Source of the DNA: an uncultured Gammaproteobacteria bacterium
GTDB lineage: Bacteria > Pseudomonadota > Gammaproteobacteria > JASBUN01
Assembly (NCBI GenBank): GCA_963773585.1
Contig: CAVZBR010000001.1
Span: 814,905 to 878,904 of the forward strand
Reading direction: 5' to 3'
DNA: 64,000 nucleotides
Made by a program: the position numbers and the translations under genes
The notes under the pieces: generated by a model
Database searches by the model: none
What the model saw: only the letters and a program-made list of their open reading frames with translations
Told to the model about the DNA's origin: nothing
Shown here: in pieces, positions 16,680-27,314 of the stretch
How positions within the stretch are numbered: the first letter of the stretch is position 1
How the letters are laid out: every line of letters begins with the position of its first letter

Positions 16680-18046
16680 GCTTGCTCGTCCACGAGGCCG
16701 CTGGTCCTGCCGGGCGGGGTTGATGGTGGCGGGGTCTGGCCCACTTGGCAGCTCATGGCGGCCACGTCCAGCCCCGCGACTTCCAACTGTGTGCGCAACT
16801 CGTCCAGGTGAAGTCGGAATAATTCCGACGTGCCTTCGCGTTCGGTCTGAAACGCGGTCGAAACCTGGCCATTACGCAGGCCGATCCGCGCTTGCACCGG
16901 TCCGAGACCGTCGAGGTCCAAAGCCACTTGCACGGTCCAGCCGCCGCCCTGCTGCCGCCGGGCGGTTCCGCTGCCGGTGTCGTTTTCCTGTTCGATGCGC
17001 AGGTGCAAAAGATCCAGCGTTGTTTGATCGCGCCGCACCGGTAGTTCCAGCAGCCATACCTGACGTTGATCGCCGTCGGTATGCTGCGAGGCGAGTTGAT
17101 TGAGCTGTAACCGGGCGAGTGAAGATTCAACCTGCTGCAGCAATCCTTGCAGGAACTTGGCGGGCTCCAATAGGGCCGGAAACGGCGCGGCGCGGCCTTG
17201 AGGCTGGGGCTGGGATTCGCTCAGCGGTGGCAGCAGCGGCGCCACGACCCGCACGGTGGACGCAATGGCAGCGGCCGCCGGCGGGTTCGACGTCCCTGCG
17301 GCGATGGATGTCGGGGCGCCATTTTTCCCGGCGGCGGGCTGATTCGTCGGCGCGGCAACGGGCAGAGTGCGGACCTCTGGCGCGCGCGCCGCGGGAGCCG
17401 CACCCTGCTGCGGCGTCTTGGACGGGGCCGGCGGTGTCGATGTCCGCAGCGATTGTTCCGCGGCCTGGCGCAAGCGCAGCAGACCGGCTTTGAAGTCGTC
17501 GCCGATCGGTGCAGCCGGCGTCCGTCCCGAGGCCGCCTGGGCGAGTTTGGCTTCCAGCTGGGTACCGGCGTTCGCCGCGGCGCGGCGCAGGCCATCCGCG
17601 GTGCTCACCTGGGAGGTCGTGGCGAGGCGCTGAAACAGGGTCCGCGCGGCTTGCAGAACCAGCGGATGCAAAGGCGGTGCGTCTTGCGATTTCGCCAGTT
17701 GGACCAGGTTGGCGAGCAACGGCGTCAGCGGGCCCTGGCGTGGCAGCGCAGCCCTGAGTGCCGCCTGCACCGGGTCCGGGCTGCGCTCGGCGCCCAACGG
17801 CCGCAGCAATGGCGTGTCCCCCGTGCGGATGACTTCCAACAACATACGATCCCCGGACTGTACCGTGAAGGGTACTTGGGCGCGGTAGGTCTGGCCCCCG
17901 ATCCGCAGATCGGCGCTGCCGCTGCGATCGGCATTGGTGGCGACTGCGCTCAGTACCTGCCCGACACGCCAGTTGCGCACTTCGGCGGGCGAGGCATCCG
18001 CCGGCAAGCTGCCGGCTCTCAAGTTCGGGTTGGGCGTAATTTCCAT
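16676..18046 (-). CDS. fliK: flagellar hook-length control protein FliK
   Basis: 456 aa with a Pro/Ala-rich central region. The C-terminal Flg_hook-type domain reads LRLHLDELRTQLEVAGLDVAAMSCQVGQ. Confidence 0.8.
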   Translation of the reverse strand: MEITPNPNLRAGSLPADASPAEVRNWRVGQVLSAVATNADRSGSADLRIGGQTYRAQVPFTVQSGDRMLLEVIRTGDTPLLRPLGAERSPDPVQAALRAALPRQGPLTPLLANLVQLAKSQDAPPLHPLVLQAARTLFQRLATTSQVSTADGLRRAAANAGTQLEAKLAQAASGRTPAAPIGDDFKAGLLRLRQAAEQSLRTSTPPAPSKTPQQGAAPAARAPEVRTLPVAAPTNQPAAGKNGAPTSIAAGTSNPPAAAAIASTVRVVAPLLPPLSESQPQPQGRAAPFPALLEPAKFLQGLLQQVESSLARLQLNQLASQHTDGDQRQVWLLELPVRRDQTTLDLLHLRIEQENDTGSGTARRQQGGGWTVQVALDLDGLGPVQARIGLRNGQVSTAFQTEREGTSELFRLHLDELRTQLEVAGLDVAAMSCQVGQTPPPSTPPGRTSGLVDEQA

Positions 18047-18156
18047 GTGCTGGCCTGGGAGCTTGCAATGACTATATCAGTCCGGCGCGGACTCAGGCAT
18101 CGTGCCCGAGCGCCGATAATGACCATAGCGGCACGTTTCCTGCTTCATTGAAATTC

Positions 18157-19068
18157 ATGACCGAACGTCAATTGCTCGACAGTCAGATCTGGTACACCCG
18201 CAAGGGCGGCACAGTCAGGGGACCATTCCCCACCGGCATGGTGCGCCGGTTCGTGCTGCTCGGCCGTCTGGACGAGGACAGCGAAGTAAGCGCGGACCGG
18301 GAAGCCTGGTTCCGTCTCGGCGATATCGAACGGCTGGTTCCCGAGGAACTGAAGCATCTCGAAACCCCTGAAGATGAGGAACGATTGCTGCGGGCGCGGT
18401 TGCGGGAAGACGAACGCCGACGCGACCGCCGCCACGACGACGAACAAGCCGGCCGCGAACGCCGCCGGGGCAACGACCGGCGCGGTCCCGAGCCGGAGAT
18501 TTTGGTGGTACGACGCGCCGCCCGTGAGCGGGAGCACGAACACGCCGCAGGGCCGCCGCGAAGCAGTACGGCGCTCGCATGGTCGATCTTGGGCTTGGTG
18601 CTGGGCGGTTTGTTGATTGCCGGAATCTACGCCGGCCTTTCCGCACCCCGCGGCACGGGGCCGGTGCGCAATTGCGATGCCAGCGCCGCACCGGACGTCG
18701 ACTGGGGCAACTGTAGCTTGGAAGGCGCGAAACTCGATGGCGCCGCATTGATGGGCGCACGGATCGACAACGCCGATCTTCATAGCGCCGCCCTCCGGGG
18801 CGCCGACCTCACGCGCAGTAATCTCGCCTACTCCAATCTCAGTACCGCCGACCTACGCTATGCGAATCTCAGTCACGCCATCTTGTTGGGAACGGGGTTG
18901 CGCAGCGCCGATCTGAGTAGTGCCATTCTGCGCCGGGCGGATTTATCCTATGCGGATTTGCGCGGCGCCCAAATTGCCGGCGCCGATTTGGAAGGCGCCC
19001 GGCTCGATAAAGCTATTTGGATCGACGGCCGGGTGTGCGCTGCCGGATCGTTGGGAGAGTGCCGTTGA
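18157..19068 (+). CDS. membrane protein with N-terminal GYF-like (DUF4339-type) domain, highly charged R/E/D-rich linker, one TM and C-terminal pentapeptide repeats
   Basis: The N-terminus WYTRKGGTVRGPFPTGMVRRFVLLGRL...EAWFRLGDI is followed by REDERRRDRRHDDE. A TM follows (ALAWSILGLVLGGLLIAGIYAGL), then about 10 A(D/N)LxxA pentapeptide units. Confidence 0.7.
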   Translation: MTERQLLDSQIWYTRKGGTVRGPFPTGMVRRFVLLGRLDEDSEVSADREAWFRLGDIERLVPEELKHLETPEDEERLLRARLREDERRRDRRHDDEQAGRERRRGNDRRGPEPEILVVRRAAREREHEHAAGPPRSSTALAWSILGLVLGGLLIAGIYAGLSAPRGTGPVRNCDASAAPDVDWGNCSLEGAKLDGAALMGARIDNADLHSAALRGADLTRSNLAYSNLSTADLRYANLSHAILLGTGLRSADLSSAILRRADLSYADLRGAQIAGADLEGARLDKAIWIDGRVCAAGSLGECR

Positions 19069-19114
19069 CGATGACCGTCGGCCCGTGCCGACGACGGGCG
19101 CGGATTGGTTTTGA

Positions 19115-19705
19115 TCAGGGACGTTCGGCAACGGACACGGTGGTGTAGCGCCAGGCTTTTAGTTCTTCGTCCCAGAAATCCGCCGGCAATCCGGCCTTGC
19201 GTTTGAGCTCCCGCAGAAATTGGTCTGGGTCCGGCAACGCCTCCCACACCGACGGCAGAAAAGTGGCGCGCCGCTGCGCGGCTTCCAGGACCAGTCCGTC
19301 GACTCCCGCACGCAGTTGCGCAAGCAAGTCCGCCTCGGAGGAAAATGCCAGCGGCACGGCCGGTGTCAGAACCGAGATATCCAACAGCACAAGTTCGAAC
19401 TCGTCTTCACGCAGCGGTCCGAAACGTGGATCTCGGAACGCCGCAGCGTGAGCATTGACGGCAACGTCTTCGATCAGCGGCCGCGCTGCCTCCAGGGAGC
19501 CGATACAGCCGCGCAGATCTCCGGCCAGATGCAGCGTCACGAAGCATGCGCCAGGCTCGAGCAAGGGCTCCGGCATCGCGTCGAGATCGGGCCGCAAGGC
19601 ATCGCCCAGCTCCAGCCCTTGGCGAATCGACGTCCGCGCCGTCGCGAGGAGTACATCCCCGTGGGATACGAAGTCGCTATCGGTGTCCGCTTCAGTCGAA
19701 AACAT
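19115..19705 (-). CDS. AMMECR1-domain protein (AmmeMemoRadiSam system protein A)
   Basis: AMMECR1 fold with the conserved motifs GACFVTLH and LRGCIGSLEA. The start is taken at the internal ATG at 19705, which overlaps the MEMO gene stop by 14 nt. Confidence 0.8.
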   Translation of the reverse strand: MFSTEADTDSDFVSHGDVLLATARTSIRQGLELGDALRPDLDAMPEPLLEPGACFVTLHLAGDLRGCIGSLEAARPLIEDVAVNAHAAAFRDPRFGPLREDEFELVLLDISVLTPAVPLAFSSEADLLAQLRAGVDGLVLEAAQRRATFLPSVWEALPDPDQFLRELKRKAGLPADFWDEELKAWRYTTVSVAERP

Positions 19706-20477
19706 AGGCTCCGTACCCGACGACCTGGTCCCGCGGTCCCGCGGTATCGCCTGAACTTCGCAGATCGACGGTGTGCGCGTGCAAACCGCGGGCCTTGGCG
19801 ACATGCAGCAGGCCGTTCACCGGGTTTCGGCCGCAGGCATCGTCGTAGTCGATTACATCGTCGCGCAGCGCTTCGATGGCCGCCGTGGTTTTTCCGTCAC
19901 GGGCGCGGGCTGTATCATAGTCGTGATAGTGGCTGAGGTCGGAACTGATCACGACCAGGGTTTCCGGCCCGCCCCATAGCCGCTCCAGCACTTCGGCGAC
20001 GTCTTCGGCCGATGCATCACCGACCACCAGCGGTACCAGGGTGAATTCCGTCAACGCTATTTGCAGAAACGGCAACTGGACTTCAAGGCTGTGCTCCCGG
20101 CGGTGGGCTTCGTCCAACACCTGCACTTGCGGCAGGTCGGCGAGGGCGGTGAGTGCATCCTGATCCAATTCGATCGCACCCAACGGCGTCTCGAATGCCT
20201 GGGCGCTGCTGGCGGCCAAGCCGCGAAACGGCACCCGATGCGCGGGACCCAGCAATACAACGCGGCGGATACGGTCGCGTACAGCGCGTAGCCGTGCATA
20301 GGCGCTGGCGGCAATGGCGCCCGAATAGACGTAGCCCGCGTGCGGAGCAATCAAGGCTTTGGGCGCCGGACCTTCATAGGCCACCGTACCGAGATAGGTG
20401 TCGATTTCGCCGCGCAGTTCCCGCGGATCGTCGGGATAGAACATTCCAGCAACGGCGGGGCTGCGAGTGTGCAACAT
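19692..20477 (-). CDS. MEMO1-family protein (AmmeMemoRadiSam system protein B)
   Basis: MEMO family (AVAGMFYPDDPRELRGEID...APHAGYVYSG). It is cotranscribed with the AMMECR1 gene. Confidence 0.85.
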   Translation of the reverse strand: MLHTRSPAVAGMFYPDDPRELRGEIDTYLGTVAYEGPAPKALIAPHAGYVYSGAIAASAYARLRAVRDRIRRVVLLGPAHRVPFRGLAASSAQAFETPLGAIELDQDALTALADLPQVQVLDEAHRREHSLEVQLPFLQIALTEFTLVPLVVGDASAEDVAEVLERLWGGPETLVVISSDLSHYHDYDTARARDGKTTAAIEALRDDVIDYDDACGRNPVNGLLHVAKARGLHAHTVDLRSSGDTAGPRDQVVGYGAYVFD

Positions 20478-20641
20478 GATTCACCTGTAGTGATGTCAGC
20501 CTGAGTCTATAGATATGGCGCTGCAGGCGATTACTCAACCCTGATCGCGACGCAGTAATTCTGACCTTGCATGCCGGCTCGCACGCCCCAATTTAATATG
20601 CAATAAACCGAGATCGCCATGCTGCGATCGGGAACCGGAAT

Positions 20642-21733
20642 ATGTCCGAAGTGAAGACCGATACCGTGCCCACCCGCTACTGGCACCGTTTGGCGGACGG
20701 TAAGCTGCAGTGCGATGTCTGCCCGCGCGAGTGCAAATTGCATGAGGGGCAGCGGGGGCTGTGTTTCGTACGTGCTCGCCAAAACGACGAAATCGTGCTG
20801 ACGACCTACGGCCGCTCCAGCGGATTTTGCGTCGATCCCATCGAAAAGAAACCATTGAACCACTTTCTTCCCGGGACGCCAGTGCTTTCGTTCGGTACGG
20901 CGGGATGCAATCTCGCCTGCAAGTTCTGCCAGAACTGGGATATGAGTAAGTCGCGGGAGTTCGATACCCTGGCCGACGAGGCCTCACCGGAAAAGATTGC
21001 GCGCATCGCTGAACAACTGGGTTGCCGCAGTGTCGCCTATACCTATAACGATCCCGCGATTTTCATGGAATATGCGATCGATGTCGCCAAAGCGTGCCGT
21101 GAGCGCGATATCCGATCCGTGGCGGTGACCGCGGGTTACATGTCGGCGCAACCGCGGGCTGAGTTTTTCCAATACATGGATGCGGCCAATGTCGACCTGA
21201 AAGCCTTCAGCGAAGAGTTTTACCGCAAGGTGACGGGCGGAAAATTGCAGCCGGTGCTGGATACGCTGCAGTACCTGAAGCATGAGACCGACGTCTGGTT
21301 CGAAGTCACGACACTGTTGATCCCCGGCTTGAACGATTCCGAGGACGAGTTGCAGCGGATGAGCGACTGGTTCGCCGAACACCTTGGTGCCGACGTGCCC
21401 TGGCATTTCAGCGCCTTTCATCCCGACTGGAAAATGCAGGACCGTCCATCGACCCCGGTCGCGACGTTGAGCCGTGCGCGTCAAATCGCCATGGACAGAG
21501 GCTTGCGCTACGTCTACACCGGCAACGTCCACGACAGTGACGGCGGCAGCACCTATTGCCATCACTGCGGCAACCGCATCATCGGCCGCGATTGGTATGT
21601 GCTTGACGAATGGGATCTCGATGAAGCGGGACGTTGCCGCGAATGCGGCACCTCCTGCGCCGGGCATTTCGAGGCGACGCCCGGACATTGGGGAGCCAGG
21701 CGTATGCCGGTGCAGCTCAAACGCTTTGCATAA
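20642..21733 (+). CDS. AmmeMemoRadiSam system radical SAM enzyme (PflA-like activase family)
   Basis: CxxxCxxC radical SAM motif GCNLACKFCQNW with PFL-activase-like architecture. A C-terminal Cys cluster reads CHHCG...CRECG. Divergent from the AMMECR1/MEMO pair. Confidence 0.85.
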   Translation: MSEVKTDTVPTRYWHRLADGKLQCDVCPRECKLHEGQRGLCFVRARQNDEIVLTTYGRSSGFCVDPIEKKPLNHFLPGTPVLSFGTAGCNLACKFCQNWDMSKSREFDTLADEASPEKIARIAEQLGCRSVAYTYNDPAIFMEYAIDVAKACRERDIRSVAVTAGYMSAQPRAEFFQYMDAANVDLKAFSEEFYRKVTGGKLQPVLDTLQYLKHETDVWFEVTTLLIPGLNDSEDELQRMSDWFAEHLGADVPWHFSAFHPDWKMQDRPSTPVATLSRARQIAMDRGLRYVYTGNVHDSDGGSTYCHHCGNRIIGRDWYVLDEWDLDEAGRCRECGTSCAGHFEATPGHWGARRMPVQLKRFA

Positions 21734-21831
21734 GCTGGGCGCGCTCGAACAAACCGCGCCGAGCATCTTCGGCAGACCCTGCGAACATCACCTTTGAGGT
21801 TGCCGGGACGGCGCGCACTGCAGCTGTCGCT

Positions 21832-24039
21832 CTATTCGCTGAAGCTCATCACCAAACCCGCCAGCGGCGGCACCGTGATTTCGATCGAATACGGTCGTCC
21901 CATCCACGGCACCGGCTCGGCGACCACGGCTTCGCCGTTGCCGAGGTTACTGCCGCCGTAGTGCATTGAATCGGAGTTCAATATATCGCGGTAAGCACCC
22001 TCGGTAGGAACGCCGATTCGATACCGGGTGCGCGGGACCGGCGTGAAGTTGAGTATCACAACCACGAAGGATTCACCGGCGCGGCGCACGTAGCTGATGA
22101 TGGATTGGTCCGCATCGTGACAGTCGATCCATTCAAAACCTTCAGGCTCGAAATCGTGACGGTGCAAGCACGGCAGTTGCCGATAAAGATGGTTCAGGTC
22201 CGCCACCAGCTTCTGCACGCCGCGATGATGCTCATACTGCAGCAGGTACCACGGCAAGGCGGCGTCATGGTTCCATTCTTCGCCTTGGCCGAATTCGCCG
22301 CCCATGAACAATAGTTTCTTGCCCGGGTAGGTATACATGTAGGTGTACAGCGCACGCAGATTGGCAAAACGCTGCCAGTCGTCGCCAGGCATTTTGTAGA
22401 GCATCGATCCCTTACCATGCACCATTTCGTCGTGGGAAAACGGCAACACGAAGTTTTCCGTGAACGCATACAGCAGCCCAAAAGTGAGCTGATCGTGATG
22501 AAAATGGCGGTGAACGGGATCTTTGGACATGTACACCAAGGTGTCGTGCATCCAGCCCATGTTCCATTTCATTGAGAAGCCGAGGCCGCCGACATACACC
22601 GGGCGGGTGACCTGCGGCCAGGACGTGGACTCCTCGGCGATGATGAATGTGCCGGGGAATTGGCTGTGAGTGACTTCGTTGAGCTGGCGCAGGAATTCGA
22701 TGGCTTCCAGATTTTCGCGGCCGCCGTAGATATTGGGAATCCAATCTTCGGCGTCGCGTGAATAGTCCAGATAGAGCATGGAGGCCACGGCGTCGACCCG
22801 CAGTCCATCGAGGTGAAATTCCTGCATCCAATATACGGCGCTGGACACCAGAAAATTGCGTACTTCGTTGCGACCGTAATTGAAGATCAAGGTGCCCCAC
22901 TCGCGGTGCTCACCGCGCCGGGGATCGCCATGCTCATATAGCGGACTGCCGTCGAACTGGGCCAGGCCATGGGCGTCCTTGGGGAAATGTCCGGGCGCCC
23001 AGTCGAGTAACACGCCGATGTCGTTGCGGTGGCACAGGTCGACGAAGTAGCGGAATTCGTCCGGCGTCCCGAAACGGCTGGTGGGAGCGAAGTAGCCGAT
23101 GGTCTGATAGCCCCAGGACGCATCCAGCGGGTGTTCCGTGATCGGCAGTAGCTCGACGTGGGTGTAGCCGAGTTCGCGAACATAGGCGACCAGGCGATCG
23201 GCGAGCTCCCGGTAGTTGAGGAAATTGCCGTCGGCATCGCGCTGCCAGGAGCCCAGATGTACTTCGTAAACGGACATGGGCGCCCGCAACCAATCCAGCG
23301 CCGCGCGCCGCCCCAACCATTCCTGGTCCTGCCATTGATGAGGCTGGGAATCGTCCGGCACGACCGCGGCGGTGGCCGGGCGTCGTTCGAATTGGCGGCC
23401 ATAAGGATCGGCTTTCAGATGAATATCGCCATGTTGGCGATTCCGGATTTCGAACTTGTACAGCGTGCCCGGTGGCAAGTCGGGCAGGAACAGTTCCCAG
23501 ACGCCGGTGCCGCCGCGCACACGCATCGGGTTGAGGCGTCCGTCCCAATGATTGAACTCGCCGACCACGCTCACACGTTCGGCGTTCGGTGCCCAGACTG
23601 CGAACACGGTCCCGCCGATGCCGTCCACCTCGCGGGCGTGCGCGCCCAGAAAGCGGTAGGCGTGCCAGTGCCGGCCTTCGGCGAACAGATGCAAGTCGAA
23701 GTCCGATAGAACCGGACCAAAACTGTAGGGATCGTAATGTTGGTGCAGGCGTCCGCTGCTGTCCTGCCACGCGATTCGATAGTGCTGCGGCAAGTCGTCA
23801 GTGGCGCCGCGCCACTCGAATACGTCGCTGTCCGCCAGCCGTTGCATCGGCAAGGTGCCTTCCAGCATACTGGCTTCAGTGGCATCGGGCAGGAAAGCCC
23901 GCACCGCGCAGCTATTACCTTGCTGGTGTCTCCCGAGTACGGCGAACGGATCGTGGTGGCGCGCTTCTTGAAGCCGAATCACGGCGTCGCGTAGAGTCGG
24001 ATGGATGTGCGCTGGTGTTCCGTGTAACTGCGCTGTCAT
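21832..24039 (-). CDS. glgB: 1,4-alpha-glucan branching enzyme GlgB (GH13)
   Basis: 735 aa with an N-terminal CBM48 region and a GH13 catalytic core ([33 protein letters not shown]). Confidence 0.92.
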   Translation of the reverse strand: MTAQLHGTPAHIHPTLRDAVIRLQEARHHDPFAVLGRHQQGNSCAVRAFLPDATEASMLEGTLPMQRLADSDVFEWRGATDDLPQHYRIAWQDSSGRLHQHYDPYSFGPVLSDFDLHLFAEGRHWHAYRFLGAHAREVDGIGGTVFAVWAPNAERVSVVGEFNHWDGRLNPMRVRGGTGVWELFLPDLPPGTLYKFEIRNRQHGDIHLKADPYGRQFERRPATAAVVPDDSQPHQWQDQEWLGRRAALDWLRAPMSVYEVHLGSWQRDADGNFLNYRELADRLVAYVRELGYTHVELLPITEHPLDASWGYQTIGYFAPTSRFGTPDEFRYFVDLCHRNDIGVLLDWAPGHFPKDAHGLAQFDGSPLYEHGDPRRGEHREWGTLIFNYGRNEVRNFLVSSAVYWMQEFHLDGLRVDAVASMLYLDYSRDAEDWIPNIYGGRENLEAIEFLRQLNEVTHSQFPGTFIIAEESTSWPQVTRPVYVGGLGFSMKWNMGWMHDTLVYMSKDPVHRHFHHDQLTFGLLYAFTENFVLPFSHDEMVHGKGSMLYKMPGDDWQRFANLRALYTYMYTYPGKKLLFMGGEFGQGEEWNHDAALPWYLLQYEHHRGVQKLVADLNHLYRQLPCLHRHDFEPEGFEWIDCHDADQSIISYVRRAGESFVVVILNFTPVPRTRYRIGVPTEGAYRDILNSDSMHYGGSNLGNGEAVVAEPVPWMGRPYSIEITVPPLAGLVMSFSE

Positions 24040-24250
24040 GTTAAGCGGGGCTGCTATTCAGCACGATCACGTGGGCCGAATTCCAGCATAGCATATCCAA
24101 AATGAACGTATCCTTCGCTCGCGCGAGCAGGCGACATGGGTGCTATGTTGGTGTGAAGCGGCGAACGGGATTGATTGCACGCAATCGTTCTGCTTGCCAC
24201 GCTGCGCCTCACGACATTTGCAAGAACATAAAAGGAGATATGTCAGCGTC

Positions 24251-25522
24251 ATGACGGTTTATCAAGCGCCTCGGTTCGTTAGTCTGCTCACTCGCAATAC
24301 GTTGGCGCTCATCCTTGCCGGCGGACGTGGTACGCGGTTGAAGGAATTGACCCGATGGCGGGTCAAGCCGGCGGTTCCCTTCGGCGGTAAATTCCGGATC
24401 ATCGATTTTCCGTTATCCAACTGCATTAATTCGGGTATCCGCCGGGTCGGCGTGCTGACCCAATACAAAGCCCATTCGCTGATTCTTCATATCCAGCGTG
24501 GCTGGGGGTTTTTGCGCGGGGAGTTCGGGGAGTTCGTCGAGCTGCTGCCCGCCCAGCAGCGCTTGGACAAGGAGTCGTGGTACAGCGGCACCGCAGACGC
24601 CGTGTTTCAGAACCTGGACATCATCCGCGACCACAACCCCGATTACGTATTGGTGCTTGCCGGCGACCATATTTACAAGATGGACTACGGCGCCATGATC
24701 GCCCGGCACGTGGAAACCGAGGCGGATATGACCGTCGGTTGCATCGGTGTGCCACTCGATCGGGCGCGCAGTTTCGGCGTGATGAGTATCAACGAGGATG
24801 ACCGGGTGATGCGCTTCGACGAAAAGCCCGATCAGCCGCAATCGATGCCGGGGGATGACAGCCGCGCGCTGGCGTCGATGGGCATCTACGTTTTCAACAC
24901 CGAATTTCTCTACGAGCAGTTGATCGCCGATGCCGAGGCGCTATCGTCGAGCCACGATTTCGGTCGCGACATCATCCCGCGCGCCATCGAGAATTGCCGC
25001 GTCAACGCGTACGCATTCCGCGATCCCATCAGTGGCGGTGACGCCTATTGGCGCGATGTGGGCACAGTGGATGCGTTCTGGGAGGCGAATCTCGAACTCA
25101 TCGGGGTGACCCCGGAGCTGAATTTGTACGACAAGGAATGGCCGATCTGGACCTACCAGGAGCAGGCGCCTCCAGCCAAGTTCGTGTTCGACGACGAATC
25201 ACGACGCGGTATGGCGATGGATTCGATGGTGTCCGGCGGATGCGTAATTTCCGGCTCGACCGTGCGCCACTCGTTGTTATTCTCCAACGTCCGCGTGGAG
25301 TCGTTCAGCGTGGTCACGGATTCGGTGATCCTGCCCGAAGTCAATATCGGGCAACACTGTCAGATTCATCGCGCTGTAATCGACAAGGGTTGCCGCATCC
25401 CCGACGGTACCGCCATCGGCGTGAATCCGGAAGAGGACGCGCGGCGCTATCACCGCACGCCCGCCGGTATCGTATTGGTGACACCGGAAATGCTGGATCA
25501 GGAGCATTCCCATGCGGGGTGA
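24251..25522 (+). CDS. glgC: glucose-1-phosphate adenylyltransferase GlgC
   Basis: [17 protein letters not shown] and [19 protein letters not shown] motifs plus a left-handed beta-helix C-terminus. The start is taken at the ATG at 24251, not the upstream ORF-track start. Confidence 0.9.
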   Translation: MTVYQAPRFVSLLTRNTLALILAGGRGTRLKELTRWRVKPAVPFGGKFRIIDFPLSNCINSGIRRVGVLTQYKAHSLILHIQRGWGFLRGEFGEFVELLPAQQRLDKESWYSGTADAVFQNLDIIRDHNPDYVLVLAGDHIYKMDYGAMIARHVETEADMTVGCIGVPLDRARSFGVMSINEDDRVMRFDEKPDQPQSMPGDDSRALASMGIYVFNTEFLYEQLIADAEALSSSHDFGRDIIPRAIENCRVNAYAFRDPISGGDAYWRDVGTVDAFWEANLELIGVTPELNLYDKEWPIWTYQEQAPPAKFVFDDESRRGMAMDSMVSGGCVISGSTVRHSLLFSNVRVESFSVVTDSVILPEVNIGQHCQIHRAVIDKGCRIPDGTAIGVNPEEDARRYHRTPAGIVLVTPEMLDQEHSHAG

Positions 25523-27224
25523 TGTGCCGTTGCGCGTGGTGCTCTGCTGGCACATGCATCAACCACAATATCTCGACCCGATCAGCGGCCGCTATCGACT
25601 TCCCTGGACCTATCTGCACGCTATCAAGGACTACGTCGACATGGCGGCCCATCTGGAGCGCGTCGAAGGCGCCAAGGCAGTGGTGAATTTCACTCCCACG
25701 CTGTTGGAGCAGTTGGATCATTACAGCTCCACGCTGCGGCGATTCGTGAGTCATGCCGAACCGTTGCCCGATCCGTTGCTGCAGGGACTTGCGGCTCAGG
25801 AACTGCCAGCAGAATCGAATCGGCGCCTCGGCTTGATGCGCGATTGCATGCGCGCCAACCAGACGCGTGTGATCGACCGCTTCGTACCGTACCGGCGCCT
25901 GGTGGAGCTGGCGGGCAAGGTCGACAAAGACCCCGACCTCGCACGCTATGTAACGGATGAGTTTCTGTTCGATCTGCTCACCTGGTATCACTTGGCCTGG
26001 ATCGGCGAGACGGTGCGCCGCACCGACGCGCGCGTGCGCGAACTCATGGATAAATGCGCGGGCTACGACAGCCGCGACCGCCGAACGCTGGTCGCGGTAA
26101 TCTCCGAACTGGTGAGCGGCATTGTTCCGCGCTATCGGCGGCTTGCGGAAGCCGGACGGGTCGAGTTGTCGGTGACGCCCTATGCCCACCCCATCGTGCC
26201 GCTGTTGCTGGACGCGGCCAGCGCGCGCGAAGCGGTGCCGGGTCTGGCGCTGCCTGCGACCGAATTGTACCCGGGCGGTGCGGAGCGTGCCCGTTGGCAT
26301 ATCAAAGAAGGCATCGACGTTTTCGAGACCCATTTCGGTTTCCGTCCACGCGGTTGCTGGCCGGGAGAGGGAGCGATAAGTGATGCCACCCTGCACTTGT
26401 TCGATGAAGCCGGATTTCAGTGGACCGCTTCCGGCGGCCAGGTGCTGCGCAACAGTCTCAGCGCGGCCGGCCGCAAAGCCGGGGCCTCCCACGCCTGCGA
26501 GCACCGGGTCTACCGCTTTGCCGGTCATCCACTTGCATGTTTTTTTCGCGACGACGGCTTGTCGGATCTGATCGGCTTCAGCTATTCGAACTGGCATGCC
26601 GAGGACGCGGTCGCGAACCTGGTGCATCACCTGGAAAACATCAGAGTCGCCTGCAAAGATCGCGAAGATGCGGTGGTGGCAATCATTCTCGACGGTGAGA
26701 ACGCCTGGGAGCACTATCCGGAAAACGGCTACCACTTTCTGGACGAACTCTACCGGCGCTTGGCTCAGCACCGGCAACTGCAACTGTCGACGTTCAGCGA
26801 TTGTCTGCAGGTCGCAGCAAAAGAACGGACACTCAACCACGTCGTGGCCGGCAGTTGGGTATATGGCACCCTGACCACCTGGATTGGCCATGCCGACAAG
26901 AACCGCGGCTGGGACATGCTTGCCGACGCCAAGCGCGCATTCGACGAAGCGACGGCCCGCGGCGGTTTGTCGGCCGAAATCCGCGATCAGGTCAGCCGCC
27001 AGCTTGCGATCTGCGAAGGTTCGGATTGGTTCTGGTGGTTTGGCGACGACAATCCTGCCGAGTCGGTGCGCGATTTCGACTGGCTGTACCGCGAGCATCT
27101 TACCCGGCTGTACCAGCTCCTGCAGCGGGAGCCGCCACAATACTTGCAGCACGCGTTCACGCACGGCGGTGGCCAGCCCGCCGCTGGCGGTGTGATGCGG
27201 CCTGCGCTACCCGCGGTGTCGTAG
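25512..27224 (+). CDS. glycoside hydrolase family 57 protein (alpha-glucan branching/processing enzyme)
   Basis: The GH57 N-terminal signature is present: WHMHQPQY...[14 protein letters not shown]. 570 aa. Confidence 0.8.
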   Translation: MRGDVPLRVVLCWHMHQPQYLDPISGRYRLPWTYLHAIKDYVDMAAHLERVEGAKAVVNFTPTLLEQLDHYSSTLRRFVSHAEPLPDPLLQGLAAQELPAESNRRLGLMRDCMRANQTRVIDRFVPYRRLVELAGKVDKDPDLARYVTDEFLFDLLTWYHLAWIGETVRRTDARVRELMDKCAGYDSRDRRTLVAVISELVSGIVPRYRRLAEAGRVELSVTPYAHPIVPLLLDAASAREAVPGLALPATELYPGGAERARWHIKEGIDVFETHFGFRPRGCWPGEGAISDATLHLFDEAGFQWTASGGQVLRNSLSAAGRKAGASHACEHRVYRFAGHPLACFFRDDGLSDLIGFSYSNWHAEDAVANLVHHLENIRVACKDREDAVVAIILDGENAWEHYPENGYHFLDELYRRLAQHRQLQLSTFSDCLQVAAKERTLNHVVAGSWVYGTLTTWIGHADKNRGWDMLADAKRAFDEATARGGLSAEIRDQVSRQLAICEGSDWFWWFGDDNPAESVRDFDWLYREHLTRLYQLLQREPPQYLQHAFTHGGGQPAAGGVMRPALPAVS

Positions 27225-27314
27225 CATGAAAGCGCTCGGGAACCAACCGCTCGCCGCAGCCGCCCGTACTCGCACCGGGCTTTCCGTTCTGCGCGGCTGG
27301 CAAAGGAAGCAGTT

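Noticed and set aside
15617-16723. Plus-strand ORFs 15617-16006 and 16175-16723 predicted across the repeat array
   Set aside because: Their products are just periodic translations of the DNA repeat (e.g. reiterated ADPTPRPKP/RLGQ peptides). They also overlap the well-supported flhB-like gene on the other strand.
21734-21831. Possible bidirectional terminator hairpin (GGCGCG-N11-CGCGCC) between convergent radical-SAM and glgB genes
   Set aside because: The stem is short, the loop is long and there is no U-tract. It is too weak to call.
24140-24250. Upstream extension of glgC (ORF-track start at 24140)
   Set aside because: The conserved GlgC N-terminus starts at the ATG at 24251. The extension has no homology and lies in the divergent glgB/glgC promoter region.
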